Shown here piece after piece: positions 17,772-27,010 of a DNA stretch of 50,826 nt; within the stretch, counting starts at the first letter, position 1; each line of letters starts with the position of its first letter. This DNA is from a virus (lineage: Duplodnaviria; Heunggongvirae; Uroviricota; Caudoviricetes): the IMG/VR virus record IMGVR_UViG_3300028025_001180; one strand, 5' to 3'. The notes under the pieces are model-generated. The model saw nothing but the letters and a program-made list of their open reading frames with translations, ran no database searches and was not told where the DNA came from. The position numbers were made by a program, and so were the translations under genes.

Positions 17772-19244
17772 ATGTTAAGCTTAAAATGGTTTAAGAGTGC
17801 TATTGAACGCACAATTGAAAAGGTAGTAGAAAACAAAATGGAACAAGCTTTTAATGAATTGGATAATGAGGAGGGGCAAGTAGCCCCTTCTTATTCTCCT
17901 TCAGGAAAGCCCTATCTAAACATTAAAATGGTTAATGATACATTGACTATTGTAATGAATGATGGTAACATCATTACTAAATCTCCAGCAACAGCAGATG
18001 ATTTCAATGCTGCTAGAGACTGTAAAACAGAAACTTGTCTATTTAACCTTGTGAGCACACAAGAGATTAAGGACCAAAGAAGAAAGATTGAGGCTGAGTA
18101 TGAAAAGGTAAAGGCTGTTCAAAAAGGTGCTGAGTATTTGGCTACCCTTGATCAGTTTGAAATGAAAAGTGGTAGTCTTTATTTAAAAGGCATCAACAGA
18201 AGCTTGCCTCCATTACTAGTAGAAGAGTTCTTAGAAGTGGTAGGTAAACACAATGGTACAGATAATGACGAATTTCTTGCTTTGCAAAGATTCTTCATGT
18301 GGTGTTGTTTAAACCCAAGAGCTGAAGTGGCTGATAAGCTATTTAACTTCTTAAAGAAGAATGCTTTTGGTATTACTAAACAGGGCTTCTTTGTAGCTTT
18401 GAGAAACGTAGTGACATTACATGGTTCTACAGAATTAGTACACTTTGTATCTAATGCATATAATAAAGTGAAGGCTGTGTGGAAGAAGAAACCAGAGGAC
18501 TATTTTGTATTCTTACAAAATGGTGAATATAAAATGGTTCACAAAGATGCTATTTCTAGAGAAGAAACTGAAACATGTACATATTGTAATGGTTCAGGAA
18601 CCAGTCCTGAGTATGATGAAGAATATGATGATAGTGGTGAGTGTTATGAGTGTGATGGTACTGGTGAAATCACCCATTATTATGATAATGATCATGGTGA
18701 GAAGATTGGTAACCTGACTGAGCTTTATCTTGATTTGCCTAATAGAGCAGAAAATAGATTTACAGATGCTCATACAAGAACATTTGACATCAGAATTGGT
18801 AGACCAGTAGACATGCCTATGGAACAATGTAGATGGAATACTGACGACTGTGGTGCTGAAGGTCTTCACTTCACTAGTGATGAGATTCATTATGTGGGTT
18901 GTGGTGATACTTCTGTACTTGTACTTATTAACCCTATGAAGGTTGTAGGTATTGGTGAGTCTAAGGGTAGATGCTATGAGTATTTGCCAATTATGACTGT
19001 GCCACGTGAGGAAGCAACAGAAATCTTACATGACCTAGATTTTGACACTCTTGAGTTGGATGAGTCTTATGCTGTGCGTGAGTTGAATAACTTGGCTGAG
19101 AAAGCTAAGGAAGGATTCACTGCAGAAGCTAAGAAATATGACTTCAACTTACCTGCTTTGTCTGCTGTAGAAGTATATACAATTGTTAAGAGTCTTGATG
19201 AAATAAAGCAAGAAATATCTAAAAGAATTGTAGAAATTGATTAA
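17772..19244 (+). CDS. rIIB: rIIB-like protein with inserted CR-type zinc finger
   Basis: L.RFF..C.LNP, GFFVA, D.HT.TF..R.G..V.M, CG.EGLH, VL.NP..VV, K.RCYEY; CTYCNGSG...CYECDGTG insert. Confidence 0.8.
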   Translation: MLSLKWFKSAIERTIEKVVENKMEQAFNELDNEEGQVAPSYSPSGKPYLNIKMVNDTLTIVMNDGNIITKSPATADDFNAARDCKTETCLFNLVSTQEIKDQRRKIEAEYEKVKAVQKGAEYLATLDQFEMKSGSLYLKGINRSLPPLLVEEFLEVVGKHNGTDNDEFLALQRFFMWCCLNPRAEVADKLFNFLKKNAFGITKQGFFVALRNVVTLHGSTELVHFVSNAYNKVKAVWKKKPEDYFVFLQNGEYKMVHKDAISREETETCTYCNGSGTSPEYDEEYDDSGECYECDGTGEITHYYDNDHGEKIGNLTELYLDLPNRAENRFTDAHTRTFDIRIGRPVDMPMEQCRWNTDDCGAEGLHFTSDEIHYVGCGDTSVLVLINPMKVVGIGESKGRCYEYLPIMTVPREEATEILHDLDFDTLELDESYAVRELNNLAEKAKEGFTAEAKKYDFNLPALSAVEVYTIVKSLDEIKQEISKRIVEID

Positions 19245-19250
19245 ATTTGT

Positions 19251-19277
19251 AGTCCAGGGGTATATAGCTCCTGGACT
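19251..19277 (+). promoter_or_regulatory. hairpin between rIIB and HNH gene
   Basis: AGTCCAGGGG-TATATAG-CTCCTGGACT, directly preceded by TAAATTTG (19242-19249). Confidence 0.5.
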
Positions 19278-19289
19278 TAATTTAACATT

Positions 19290-19715
19290 ATGAAAAAGAA
19301 CGCAACAAAAAGAACTTCTAAGATACCTAGAAAAGTGGCTGTTAAACCAAGATGTCATGGAACTATGACAGAATCAGCATTCTGGAGTTTTATACGCAGT
19401 GCTCTCAGACAAAAGTCTAGATTTTGGAAACCTATTACAGAATGTAAGCTAGCAGCACGCAGACTGTACAAAGGTGTAAACAAGAGACAAAAGTATGAGT
19501 ATCAATGCAATGTATGTAAAAACTGGTTCATAGAGAAGAAGATCAATGTTGATCACATTAATCCTGCAGGAAGCTTAAACTCTTCACAAGACTTACCAAG
19601 TTTTATAGAAAGGTTGTTTTGTGAGGTGGATAATCTACAGGTGTTGTGTGAGAAATGCCATGACAAAAAAACAAAAGCAGATAAAAATGAAAAGACAAAT
19701 CTTAAAGCTTCATGA
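19290..19715 (+). CDS. HNH endonuclease
   Basis: CNVC...VDHINP...NLQVLCEKCHDKKT. Confidence 0.88.
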   Translation: MKKNATKRTSKIPRKVAVKPRCHGTMTESAFWSFIRSALRQKSRFWKPITECKLAARRLYKGVNKRQKYEYQCNVCKNWFIEKKINVDHINPAGSLNSSQDLPSFIERLFCEVDNLQVLCEKCHDKKTKADKNEKTNLKAS

Positions 19716-19935
19716 CAAGAAGTACGCAGATCTACTTGATGACAGAGTCAAAGAATGTATTCTAAAGAATGAGAACTATGAAATTGAGTACAAAGGCAAG
19801 ATCATGGTACTTACTCCAGAGGATCTCAAGACAAAGTGCCTAAGCAGGCAGTATATTGAGAAGCCAAAGTATGGAGAAAAGCCATATCACTTATTATCTT
19901 ATTTATGGGAACCTACTAAAACAACAGAGAAATGA
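19687..19935 (+). CDS. hypothetical protein
   Basis: ORF 19621..19935, likely start MKRQIL at 19687. Confidence 0.7.
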   Translation: MKRQILKLHDKKYADLLDDRVKECILKNENYEIEYKGKIMVLTPEDLKTKCLSRQYIEKPKYGEKPYHLLSYLWEPTKTTEK

Positions 19936-20165
19936 GAGATATAGAAGTATTAAAAATAGTCTATTCTTATGTAAGTCATCAAATTGATCCACAGAAAAGC
20001 ATTCCTCTTGACTATTTAGCAGGTTTAAACATTAGTGACATAGATGCTATATCAGAAGACATGTTTGAAGAAACTGTTTATACTAAAGAAGATGTAAAAT
20101 TCATGTTAAAGGAATTAAGTAAAGTTATAATTAAACTAGAAAAAAATGAGAAAGGAACTGACTAA
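19932..20165 (+). CDS. hypothetical protein
   Basis: 77 aa, ATGA overlap. Confidence 0.7.
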   Translation: MRDIEVLKIVYSYVSHQIDPQKSIPLDYLAGLNISDIDAISEDMFEETVYTKEDVKFMLKELSKVIIKLEKNEKGTD

Positions 20166-20421
20166 CGTATTTGTAAGTGGAAAACCTTCATTTACAGAAG
20201 TGTGGTATGAAGGCTACATAGAAGATGGAGATATCAAACACCAGTTTTGGTTAATTGATCCTCAAGGTGAAGACCAGTATGGTAATGAGTATGAAATGGA
20301 AGTAAGGTGGTTCTTTAAGAGCGTCCCTGCTAAGATTAGAGCAGCTCATGACCAAATTTTACAACAGTATAAATACAAGAAGAATGATACAGGGAGAAAC
20401 GAAAACAGAAGCTCAATATAG
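20146..20421 (+). CDS. hypothetical protein
   Basis: 91 aa in operon context. Confidence 0.7.
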   Translation: MRKELTNVFVSGKPSFTEVWYEGYIEDGDIKHQFWLIDPQGEDQYGNEYEMEVRWFFKSVPAKIRAAHDQILQQYKYKKNDTGRNENRSSI

Positions 20422-21427
20422 AGCAATTTATCTAGACAGCAGTTCTAGTTTAAAGGACTTTTCCATGGATAGGAAAAAGTACCATAAGAAATACATACTT
20501 AATCAAGTGGTTGAGGACGAAGAAAGTAAAGCAGCCACTACAGGTAGACTTGTAGAAACATTGTTAATGGAGCCCCATTTATTTGATGAGAAGTTCCATA
20601 TATCTACATGTATGTCTACACCAACAGCTATGATGTTGGACTTTGTAGAAGCTTTGTATAAGTATACAGTGGACGCTACAACTGAAGATGGTATGGTAAC
20701 TAGAAGCTTTGAAGACATGTGTAAGGATGCTTATGCAGATGCAGGCTTCAAGATTACATTAGATGCTGTTCTTAAGAAGTTTATAGGATCTGAAGCTGAG
20801 ATATATTACAAAGAGATTAGAGAGGTTAGATCTAAGAAGCTTACAGTGGTGACTACCAAAGAAATAGAAAACGCTGAGAAAGTTGTTCTAGAATTAAGAA
20901 CTAATCCTGTCACAGCAGAGATTGTAAACTTGGTTAATGACACTCAATATTCTGTATTCAACCAATTACAAGTTGAAGGCTATGAAGTGTTTGGTCACAT
21001 GTTTAAGTCTATGATGGACAAGGTGATTTTAGATCACAAAGCAAAGACAGTGCAAGTGTATGACCTTAAGTGTACTTGGTCTGTAGAGAACTTCTATAGT
21101 GAGTATTATCTATATAGAAGAGCCTACATCCAAGGATTTTTATATCATAAAGCTGCAGAGACTTGGGCTAGTGAAATGGGCTATGGAGATTATACAATCT
21201 TATATCCTAGATTCATTGTATGTGACAGCACTAATTATTCTAATCCTTTGGTATATGTAATGAGTGTAAACAGCATGGACAATGCTCTTAATGGTTTTGA
21301 ACATAATGGAAGACAATACCCAGGTGTTGCACAACTTATTGAAGACCTTAAATGGACTTTAGATAATGATGTGTGGAACATTTCAAGAGAGAATCATATT
21401 AATAATGGTATTGTAAATCTAAACTAA
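20384..21427 (+). CDS. PD-(D/E)XK exonuclease (RecE/ExoVIII-like)
   Basis: SSSSLKDF, A...GRLVETLL, KSMMDKV...VYDLKCT, Y..QG.LY; start MIQGET at 20384. Confidence 0.8.
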   Translation: MIQGETKTEAQYRAIYLDSSSSLKDFSMDRKKYHKKYILNQVVEDEESKAATTGRLVETLLMEPHLFDEKFHISTCMSTPTAMMLDFVEALYKYTVDATTEDGMVTRSFEDMCKDAYADAGFKITLDAVLKKFIGSEAEIYYKEIREVRSKKLTVVTTKEIENAEKVVLELRTNPVTAEIVNLVNDTQYSVFNQLQVEGYEVFGHMFKSMMDKVILDHKAKTVQVYDLKCTWSVENFYSEYYLYRRAYIQGFLYHKAAETWASEMGYGDYTILYPRFIVCDSTNYSNPLVYVMSVNSMDNALNGFEHNGRQYPGVAQLIEDLKWTLDNDVWNISRENHINNGIVNLN

Positions 21428-21979
21428 ATGGAGAGAAAACACACAATCACTAGCATATTCATTGTCCCAACTCTCAGCATTGGCAGAGAAAAGTTGATAG
21501 ATAATGGATTTGTAAATGGATATATAAAAGATGGTATGAGAGATGCACAGTATGAAAATGCTGTGTATCTTCTCTTTAAACCAAGTAACCTAGAGAAGTT
21601 TAGGGTTTTTCTAGATAAGGAGTATGAAAGAACAAAGTCTATTATAGATGACTATGACTATGAAGAAGGTTATGTAGTGGTTGTTTATGAAATCAATTCT
21701 AAACTGAAAAATGACATAGAATTGATAAAACAGGGCAAATATTCTAAAACTTCTCCTGCTTTTCAGGGAATATTCCCTAAAGTTGTACAGATTAAGAAGA
21801 ATGGGATGCGTAGAGATGAGATATCTTTGCAATACAGAGTCTTTAATAAGACAGAAGATCTTGTACAATTTTGGGAAGATAAACTAGGAATAGAACTTCC
21901 AGAAGACCTAGAAGTTTGGCATGGTTTCTTTGATGAATTTGAAACGTTAGACCTTGATAAAATTAAAGAGTATGTATAA
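21428..21979 (+). CDS. hypothetical protein
   Basis: 183 aa, immediately after the nuclease. Confidence 0.85.
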   Translation: MERKHTITSIFIVPTLSIGREKLIDNGFVNGYIKDGMRDAQYENAVYLLFKPSNLEKFRVFLDKEYERTKSIIDDYDYEEGYVVVVYEINSKLKNDIELIKQGKYSKTSPAFQGIFPKVVQIKKNGMRRDEISLQYRVFNKTEDLVQFWEDKLGIELPEDLEVWHGFFDEFETLDLDKIKEYV

Positions 21980-22178
21980 CAGTGAAATACTAGACCATCT
22001 AATCAGTAAATATGGTATAGATGATGTAATTAAATTTTGTGACATGGAGCGTGAAAAGAATGATCTCCTAGCACAATCAGTAGATGAAGACAAGCAGCAC
22101 CATCCAGAACCTAATGAATGGAGATTCGAGAGAGACTGGTGGGCTGAAAGTGGTAAACAATTAAAACAAAGAATATGA
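21972..22178 (+). CDS. hypothetical protein
   Basis: ORF 21954..22178, likely start MYNSEI at 21972. Confidence 0.7.
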   Translation: MYNSEILDHLISKYGIDDVIKFCDMEREKNDLLAQSVDEDKQHHPEPNEWRFERDWWAESGKQLKQRI

Positions 22179-22543
22179 CAGGAGCAGAACTATTAGAGAC
22201 CTATCCTAAGGCAGCATTTGCTATTAAGGAGTTTTACTATGGAAAGATGATTGAGTCTTTAAGTGAAGACTCTGACATTCCACAAGACTTTAAAGAGATG
22301 GTTAAATCACAACAGTTTGATAGTGAATACGTTGCTACATTTATTGACACTAATCCTAGATTTTTATTTGATATCTTTGATGCAAACCAGATTTATATTC
22401 AAATAAGTGTAGATATTGAGAATAACTGTTTTAGATGGTCTTTTGATGGTGGTCATGTAGAAAGTAATGACTATGCATCTAGAAAAGAAGCTGAAGCTTC
22501 AGTTGTAGAAGAAGCATTTAAAATCTTAAATGACAAGTTATGA
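22175..22543 (+). CDS. hypothetical protein
   Basis: 122 aa, ATGA overlaps on both sides. Confidence 0.8.
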   Translation: MTGAELLETYPKAAFAIKEFYYGKMIESLSEDSDIPQDFKEMVKSQQFDSEYVATFIDTNPRFLFDIFDANQIYIQISVDIENNCFRWSFDGGHVESNDYASRKEAEASVVEEAFKILNDKL

Positions 22544-22791
22544 GTGATCAAATAGTATTAGAAGTGATTGAGAAGTATGCTCAACGTAGTGAAATAGGGA
22601 TTAATAAGTATGGCACTACACTTGAACAGAACAATCATGATAACTATCTCAAGCATCTACAAGAAGAATTGATGGATGCCACGCTTTATTTACAGAAATT
22701 AATGAGCTTGGATAAGGAAATAACTAAATTAGTTAAAGATTATTCTAACGATGCTGAACTTGGTTACAAAATAAGAAATTTAGTTAGATAG
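22540..22791 (+). CDS. putative MazG-like all-alpha nucleotide pyrophosphatase-fold protein
   Basis: R...GI.KYGTTL...HLQEELMDA.LY pattern; lies just upstream of nrdJ. Confidence 0.5.
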   Translation: MSDQIVLEVIEKYAQRSEIGINKYGTTLEQNNHDNYLKHLQEELMDATLYLQKLMSLDKEITKLVKDYSNDAELGYKIRNLVR

Positions 22792-22806
22792 AATTTTGTA
22801 ATTCTC

Positions 22807-22837
22807 TTGGTTTATAAGAAGGGTTGCTGTAAATTTG
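22807..22837 (+). promoter_or_regulatory. Bacteroidota primary-sigma promoter of nrdJ
   Basis: TTG (22807-09)-N20-TAAATTTG (22830-37). Confidence 0.75.
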
Positions 22838-22852
22838 CAACCCTTCATTTTT
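22818..22852 (+). terminator. hairpin/terminator overlapping the nrdJ promoter
   Basis: perfect 10-bp inverted repeat GAAGGGTTGC-TGTAAATTT-GCAACCCTTC followed by ATTTTTT. Confidence 0.6.
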
Positions 22853-22874
22853 TAACTAAAAAACACAAATTAAC

Positions 22875-24734
22875 ATGGATTTAGGATTAGATGCCTTGAG
22901 CAAGATTACAATTTTTAGCAAGTACGCAAAGTACATCCCTGAGCTAAAAAGAAGAGAAACATGGGACGAGATAGTAGATAGATATGAGAACATGATGATC
23001 AAGAAATATCCTAATCTAGAACAAGAAATTAAAGACAGTGCTACGTTTATCAGAAAGAAGAAAGTCTTACCTTCTATGAGAGCTCTTCAGTTTGCAGGTG
23101 CTGCAGCTGAGGTGAACAACTCAAGAATCTACAACTGTTGTTTCCTACCAATTGATAGTATTTATAGTTTCAGTGAGACTATGTTCCTATTGTTAGGAGG
23201 TACAGGTGTAGGTTATTCTGTACAGAAGCACCACGTAGACCAACTACCTACAATTGTTAAGAATGAGAAATTTAAGCACAGAAACTGGCTTATTGAAGAT
23301 TCTATCATGGGCTGGGCTGATGCTGTAAAGGTTTTGATGAAGTTTTATTTTGAAGGTGGTCAAAAACCTAATTTTGACTTTAGAGCTATTCGTGAGAAAG
23401 GAGCTAGATTAGTAACTGCAGGTGGTAAAGCCCCTGGTCCTGAACCATTAAAAATCTGTTTAGCACACATTGATGCTATTATGGAGCGTAAAGAACATGG
23501 ATCAAAGCTTACACCACTAGAGTGTCACGATATCTTATGTCATATTGCTAACTCTGTGTTAGCTGGTGGCATCAGAAGATCAGCAATGATTGCATTATTT
23601 AGCCATGACGATGAAGAAATGATTACCTGTAAGTATGGTAATTGGTGGGAATTGAACGAGCAAAGAGGTAGAGCTAATAACTCTGCAGTTCTTAAAAGAG
23701 GCGAAACATCACAAACAGAGTTTGTAGGTTTATGGAAGCGTATTGAAGCATCAGGAAGTGGTGAACCAGGTATCTATTGGTCTAATGACCTAGATTGGGG
23801 AACTAACCCTTGTTGTGAGATTGGATTACGTCCATATCAGTTCTGTAACCTATGTGAGGTGAATGTATCTGACATCACATGTCAGGAAGATCTTAACGAT
23901 AGAGTGACAGCAGCTGCATTCTTTGGTACATTACAGGCAGGCTTTACTGATTTCCACTACCTACGTGACGTATGGAAGATGACAACCTTTAGAGACGCTC
24001 TATTAGGCATTGGTATGACTGGCATTGCTTCTGGTGAAGTATTGAAATACAATTTAGAAGTGGCAGCAGCTGTGGCTAAGAAGACAAACCAATTAATCAC
24101 TGAGATTATTGGTACAAATGAGGCAGCTCGTATTACATGTATCAAGCCTTCAGGAACAACATCATTAGTATTAGGTACAGCAAGTGGTATCCATGCTTGG
24201 CATGCTCCATACTACCTACGTACAATGAGATTTAATAAGAATGAAGACCTTGCACAATACTTGATGATCAATCATCCAGAGTTGTGTGAAGATGATGTAT
24301 TACGTCCTACAGACACACTGTGTGTACGTATCCCTGTTAAAGCTCCAGAAGACTCTATTCTACGTACAGAGACAGCAATCGATACGCTAGAGCGTGTTAA
24401 GAGATTCTCTACAGAATGGGTTAAATCAGGACATGTTAATGGTGCTAATACACATAACGTCTCAGCAACAATATCTGTTAAAGAAGGAGAATGGGAAACT
24501 GTAGGAGATTGGATGTGGACTGAACAAGAACACTATAATGGTCTTTCTGTACTACCAGCCTTTGACCATACATACAAACAAGCTCCATTTGAAGATATAA
24601 CAGAAGAAGAATATAATGCACGCATTAATGCATTAAGTTCTCTTGACCTAACTAAGGTGATGGAACTAGATGACACTGTAGACTTTGGTCAGGTTAGTGC
24701 TTGCAGTGGGTCCCAATGCGAGATCAATCTTTAA
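22875..24734 (+). CDS. nrdJ: class II (B12-dependent) monomeric ribonucleotide reductase
   Basis: LPSMRAL, YNCCF, GGTGVG, RRSA, TNPCCEI, KPSGT, C-terminal CSGSQC. Confidence 0.93.
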   Translation: MDLGLDALSKITIFSKYAKYIPELKRRETWDEIVDRYENMMIKKYPNLEQEIKDSATFIRKKKVLPSMRALQFAGAAAEVNNSRIYNCCFLPIDSIYSFSETMFLLLGGTGVGYSVQKHHVDQLPTIVKNEKFKHRNWLIEDSIMGWADAVKVLMKFYFEGGQKPNFDFRAIREKGARLVTAGGKAPGPEPLKICLAHIDAIMERKEHGSKLTPLECHDILCHIANSVLAGGIRRSAMIALFSHDDEEMITCKYGNWWELNEQRGRANNSAVLKRGETSQTEFVGLWKRIEASGSGEPGIYWSNDLDWGTNPCCEIGLRPYQFCNLCEVNVSDITCQEDLNDRVTAAAFFGTLQAGFTDFHYLRDVWKMTTFRDALLGIGMTGIASGEVLKYNLEVAAAVAKKTNQLITEIIGTNEAARITCIKPSGTTSLVLGTASGIHAWHAPYYLRTMRFNKNEDLAQYLMINHPELCEDDVLRPTDTLCVRIPVKAPEDSILRTETAIDTLERVKRFSTEWVKSGHVNGANTHNVSATISVKEGEWETVGDWMWTEQEHYNGLSVLPAFDHTYKQAPFEDITEEEYNARINALSSLDLTKVMELDDTVDFGQVSACSGSQCEINL

Positions 24735-24740
24735 AATAAA

Positions 24741-24772
24741 TTTGGTAGTTTCAGACAAATACCATATATTTG
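24741..24772 (+). promoter_or_regulatory. Bacteroidota primary-sigma promoter of HNH gene
   Basis: TTTG-N20-TATATTTG. Confidence 0.8.
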
Positions 24773-24781
24773 TGGAATAAA

Positions 24782-25345
24782 ATGTCTGAAATGAAGAATG
24801 ATCTTGGTCAAAAGTTTGGAAAACTAACTGCTATTGAGTTAGAAAAAGATAAGAATGGGTATAACACAAGATACTTATGTAAGTGTGACTGTGGTAATAC
24901 CCATTCTGTATCTAAATCTCATTTAAGAAGTGGTAGAATTACTCACTGTGGATGTGTAAGACACGAAGGTGCTAAACATCAACAGTGGACAGGGATTGGA
25001 GAAATATCAGGAGATTTTTGGTGGTCTCATGTAGTCAGAAGTGCAAATGGAGACATTTTTAAAAATGGTAGAAGAAAACCTAAAGAACTTACATTAACCA
25101 TTCAGCAAGCATGGGACTTATTTCTTCAGCAAGATAGAAAATGTGCTCTTTCTGGAATATTATTAACATTTCCAAAGAGATCAAAAGATAAATCTTATAC
25201 AGCATCTCTAGATAGAATAGACTCTTCTAAAGGATATGTTCTTGGTAATGTTCAATGGGTACATAAAGATATAAATATTATGAAGAATAGATTTGATAAT
25301 CAATACTTTATAGAGATATGTAAATTGGTAACTAAAAATAAATAA
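24782..25345 (+). CDS. free-standing HNH/EndoVII-like homing endonuclease
   Basis: N-terminal GQKFGKLT...CKCDCGN...L.SG...CGC domain; C-terminal CALSG...SLDRIDSSKGY..GNVQWV..DIN.MK; ATG at 24782. Confidence 0.85.
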   Translation: MSEMKNDLGQKFGKLTAIELEKDKNGYNTRYLCKCDCGNTHSVSKSHLRSGRITHCGCVRHEGAKHQQWTGIGEISGDFWWSHVVRSANGDIFKNGRRKPKELTLTIQQAWDLFLQQDRKCALSGILLTFPKRSKDKSYTASLDRIDSSKGYVLGNVQWVHKDINIMKNRFDNQYFIEICKLVTKNK

Positions 25346-25348
25346 CCT

Positions 25349-25591
25349 ATGTTTCAAACAAGTTTTATCCCACAAGGTTGGGAATGTCCAAAATGTAAAA
25401 GAGTTTATTCTCCTACAACAAGTATGTGCAGTCATTGTCCTCAACATACACAAGGACTAGCAACCACAGGAACTAGTACGAGTACCACTTATTCACATCA
25501 ATTTGAATCAGATAAAAAATCTTCAAGTAAAACTAAATGTAAGATATGTGGTTTAGAAAAATGGCAACACCCACTTGTTTCATATACATAA
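25349..25591 (+). CDS. small zinc-finger protein
   Basis: GWECPKC..VYSP...C.HC and CKICG. Confidence 0.75.
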   Translation: MFQTSFIPQGWECPKCKRVYSPTTSMCSHCPQHTQGLATTGTSTSTTYSHQFESDKKSSSKTKCKICGLEKWQHPLVSYT

Positions 25592-25629
25592 TCATATAAG
25601 TGCAGGTGGTGCATGTGAAATTCAATAAT

Positions 25630-25809
25630 ATGGAAAAGAAAGAGTTCATAAAAGATGTACACTATTATTTGGAGGAGGGCAGAGTAGTTTTTACTGCCCT
25701 CCAACATTTAGAGCGTGGCTATTGCTGTGGCAACAATTGTAGACATTGTCCATACGAGCCAAAAGCTATTAAAGGTAACCAAATGATAGCAGAAGATAAA
25801 AAAAGATAA
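25630..25809 (+). CDS. DUF5522-like Cys-rich protein
   Basis: VFT...HL.RGYCCGNNCRHCPY; start MEKKEF at 25630. Confidence 0.75.
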   Translation: MEKKEFIKDVHYYLEEGRVVFTALQHLERGYCCGNNCRHCPYEPKAIKGNQMIAEDKKR

Positions 25810-25874
25810 AATAGTTTGCATTTATATGCGTGTATATACGTATGTTTGCATCTCTGTTTTTCGTTAATTGTGTC

Positions 25875-25910
25875 AGCCCCTGGTATTTCTATACTGGGGG
25901 CTATTTTTTT
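25875..25910 (+). terminator. intrinsic terminator
   Basis: AGCCCCTGGTAT-TTCT-ATACTGGGGGCT followed by ATTTTTTT. Confidence 0.8.
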
Positions 25911-25922
25911 AATGAAAAAAAG

Positions 25923-25953
25923 ATGGAAATATGCAGAAAAAGTTTTAAATTTG
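25923..25953 (+). promoter_or_regulatory. probable promoter of recA operon
   Basis: TAAATTTG (25946-53) with ATG rather than TTG 20 nt upstream. Confidence 0.55.
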
Positions 25954-25972
25954 TATCACAAAATTAACAATT

Positions 25973-27010
25973 ATGGCGAAAGCAGTAAAACAACCAACAG
26001 ACAGTGGTGTCTCTAAACTCCAAGACGCTTTGGATAAATTAAACAAAGCATATGGTACAGGTACAGTTCTTGCACTTGATTCCAAAACAGATGGTCATTA
26101 TGATGTAATCAGTACAGGTTCAATTGGATTTGATTGGATCACACTAGGTACTGGTGGATTTGTAAAAGGTAAGTTGTATGAACTTATGGGATGGGAAGGC
26201 TCAGGTAAGTCTACCATCTGTGGTCACGCAGTTGCTGAATGTCAGAAGGCAGGAGGTAAAGTAGTTTACATTGATGGCGAACATGCTGTTGATAAAAACT
26301 ATTTTGAAGCAATTGGTGTTAATACATCAGAGATGTTAATTGCTCAGCCATCATGTGGTGAAGAAGGATTTAATGTTGCATTAGAAATGATTAGAACTGG
26401 TGAGGTAGACCTTTTGATTATTGACTCAGACTCATCATTGATTCCTAAGAAGGTTTTGGATGGTGAAGTGGGTGATAGCTCAATTGGTTTGAAAGCTAGA
26501 CTGAACAGCAGTGTATATTCAAAACTAAAGTCTGCTATGTCTATCAGTAACACATGTGTTATTGTCATCTCTCAATACAGAGAGAAGATTGGTGTAATGT
26601 TTGGTAATCCTACAACAACACAAGGTGGTCATGCATTGAAGTTTGCATCTGATGCTCGTATAGAAGTTTCTAAGACAGCTGCAAAAGATGGTGATGTAAC
26701 TTATGGTAATATCACTAAAGTGAAATGTGCTAAGAACAGAATGAGTCCTCCATTTAGAATGACTAGTTTTGAGATTGTCTATGGTGTAGGTATTGATAAG
26801 GTGAAAGAAATCATGGACTTGTTGAATGAGTATGAGCTTGGTAGAAAGTATGGTCAGACAATGACATTCAATGAAATCAAGTACAACCTTGAAGAATTCA
26901 AACGCATGTTGTTAGACAATGAAGAATTCTATACTGAAATCAAACAAAGTATCATTAACAAGATTAAACAAATTGAACCTAAAATTGAATTAGCAGATGT
27001 TGAAAATTAA
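25973..27010 (+). CDS. recA: RecA/UvsX recombinase
   Basis: ISTGS..D..LG.GG, GWEGSGKST, IDGEHA.D, QPSCGEE, IIDS, QYREKIGVMFGNP.TT.GG.ALKF. Confidence 0.95.
   Translation: MAKAVKQPTDSGVSKLQDALDKLNKAYGTGTVLALDSKTDGHYDVISTGSIGFDWITLGTGGFVKGKLYELMGWEGSGKSTICGHAVAECQKAGGKVVYIDGEHAVDKNYFEAIGVNTSEMLIAQPSCGEEGFNVALEMIRTGEVDLLIIDSDSSLIPKKVLDGEVGDSSIGLKARLNSSVYSKLKSAMSISNTCVIVISQYREKIGVMFGNPTTTQGGHALKFASDARIEVSKTAAKDGDVTYGNITKVKCAKNRMSPPFRMTSFEIVYGVGIDKVKEIMDLLNEYELGRKYGQTMTFNEIKYNLEEFKRMLLDNEEFYTEIKQSIINKIKQIEPKIELADVEN

Noticed and set aside
25816-26016. 66-aa ORF before recA
   Set aside because: TTG start; it runs through a terminator and a promoter and overlaps recA.
322-27000. Many 60-160 aa antisense or alternative-frame ORFs (e.g. 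322..513, 1690..2004, 11643..12131, 16098..16454, 26344..26568)
   Set aside because: They are shadows of well-supported genes, without leaders or recognisable motifs.
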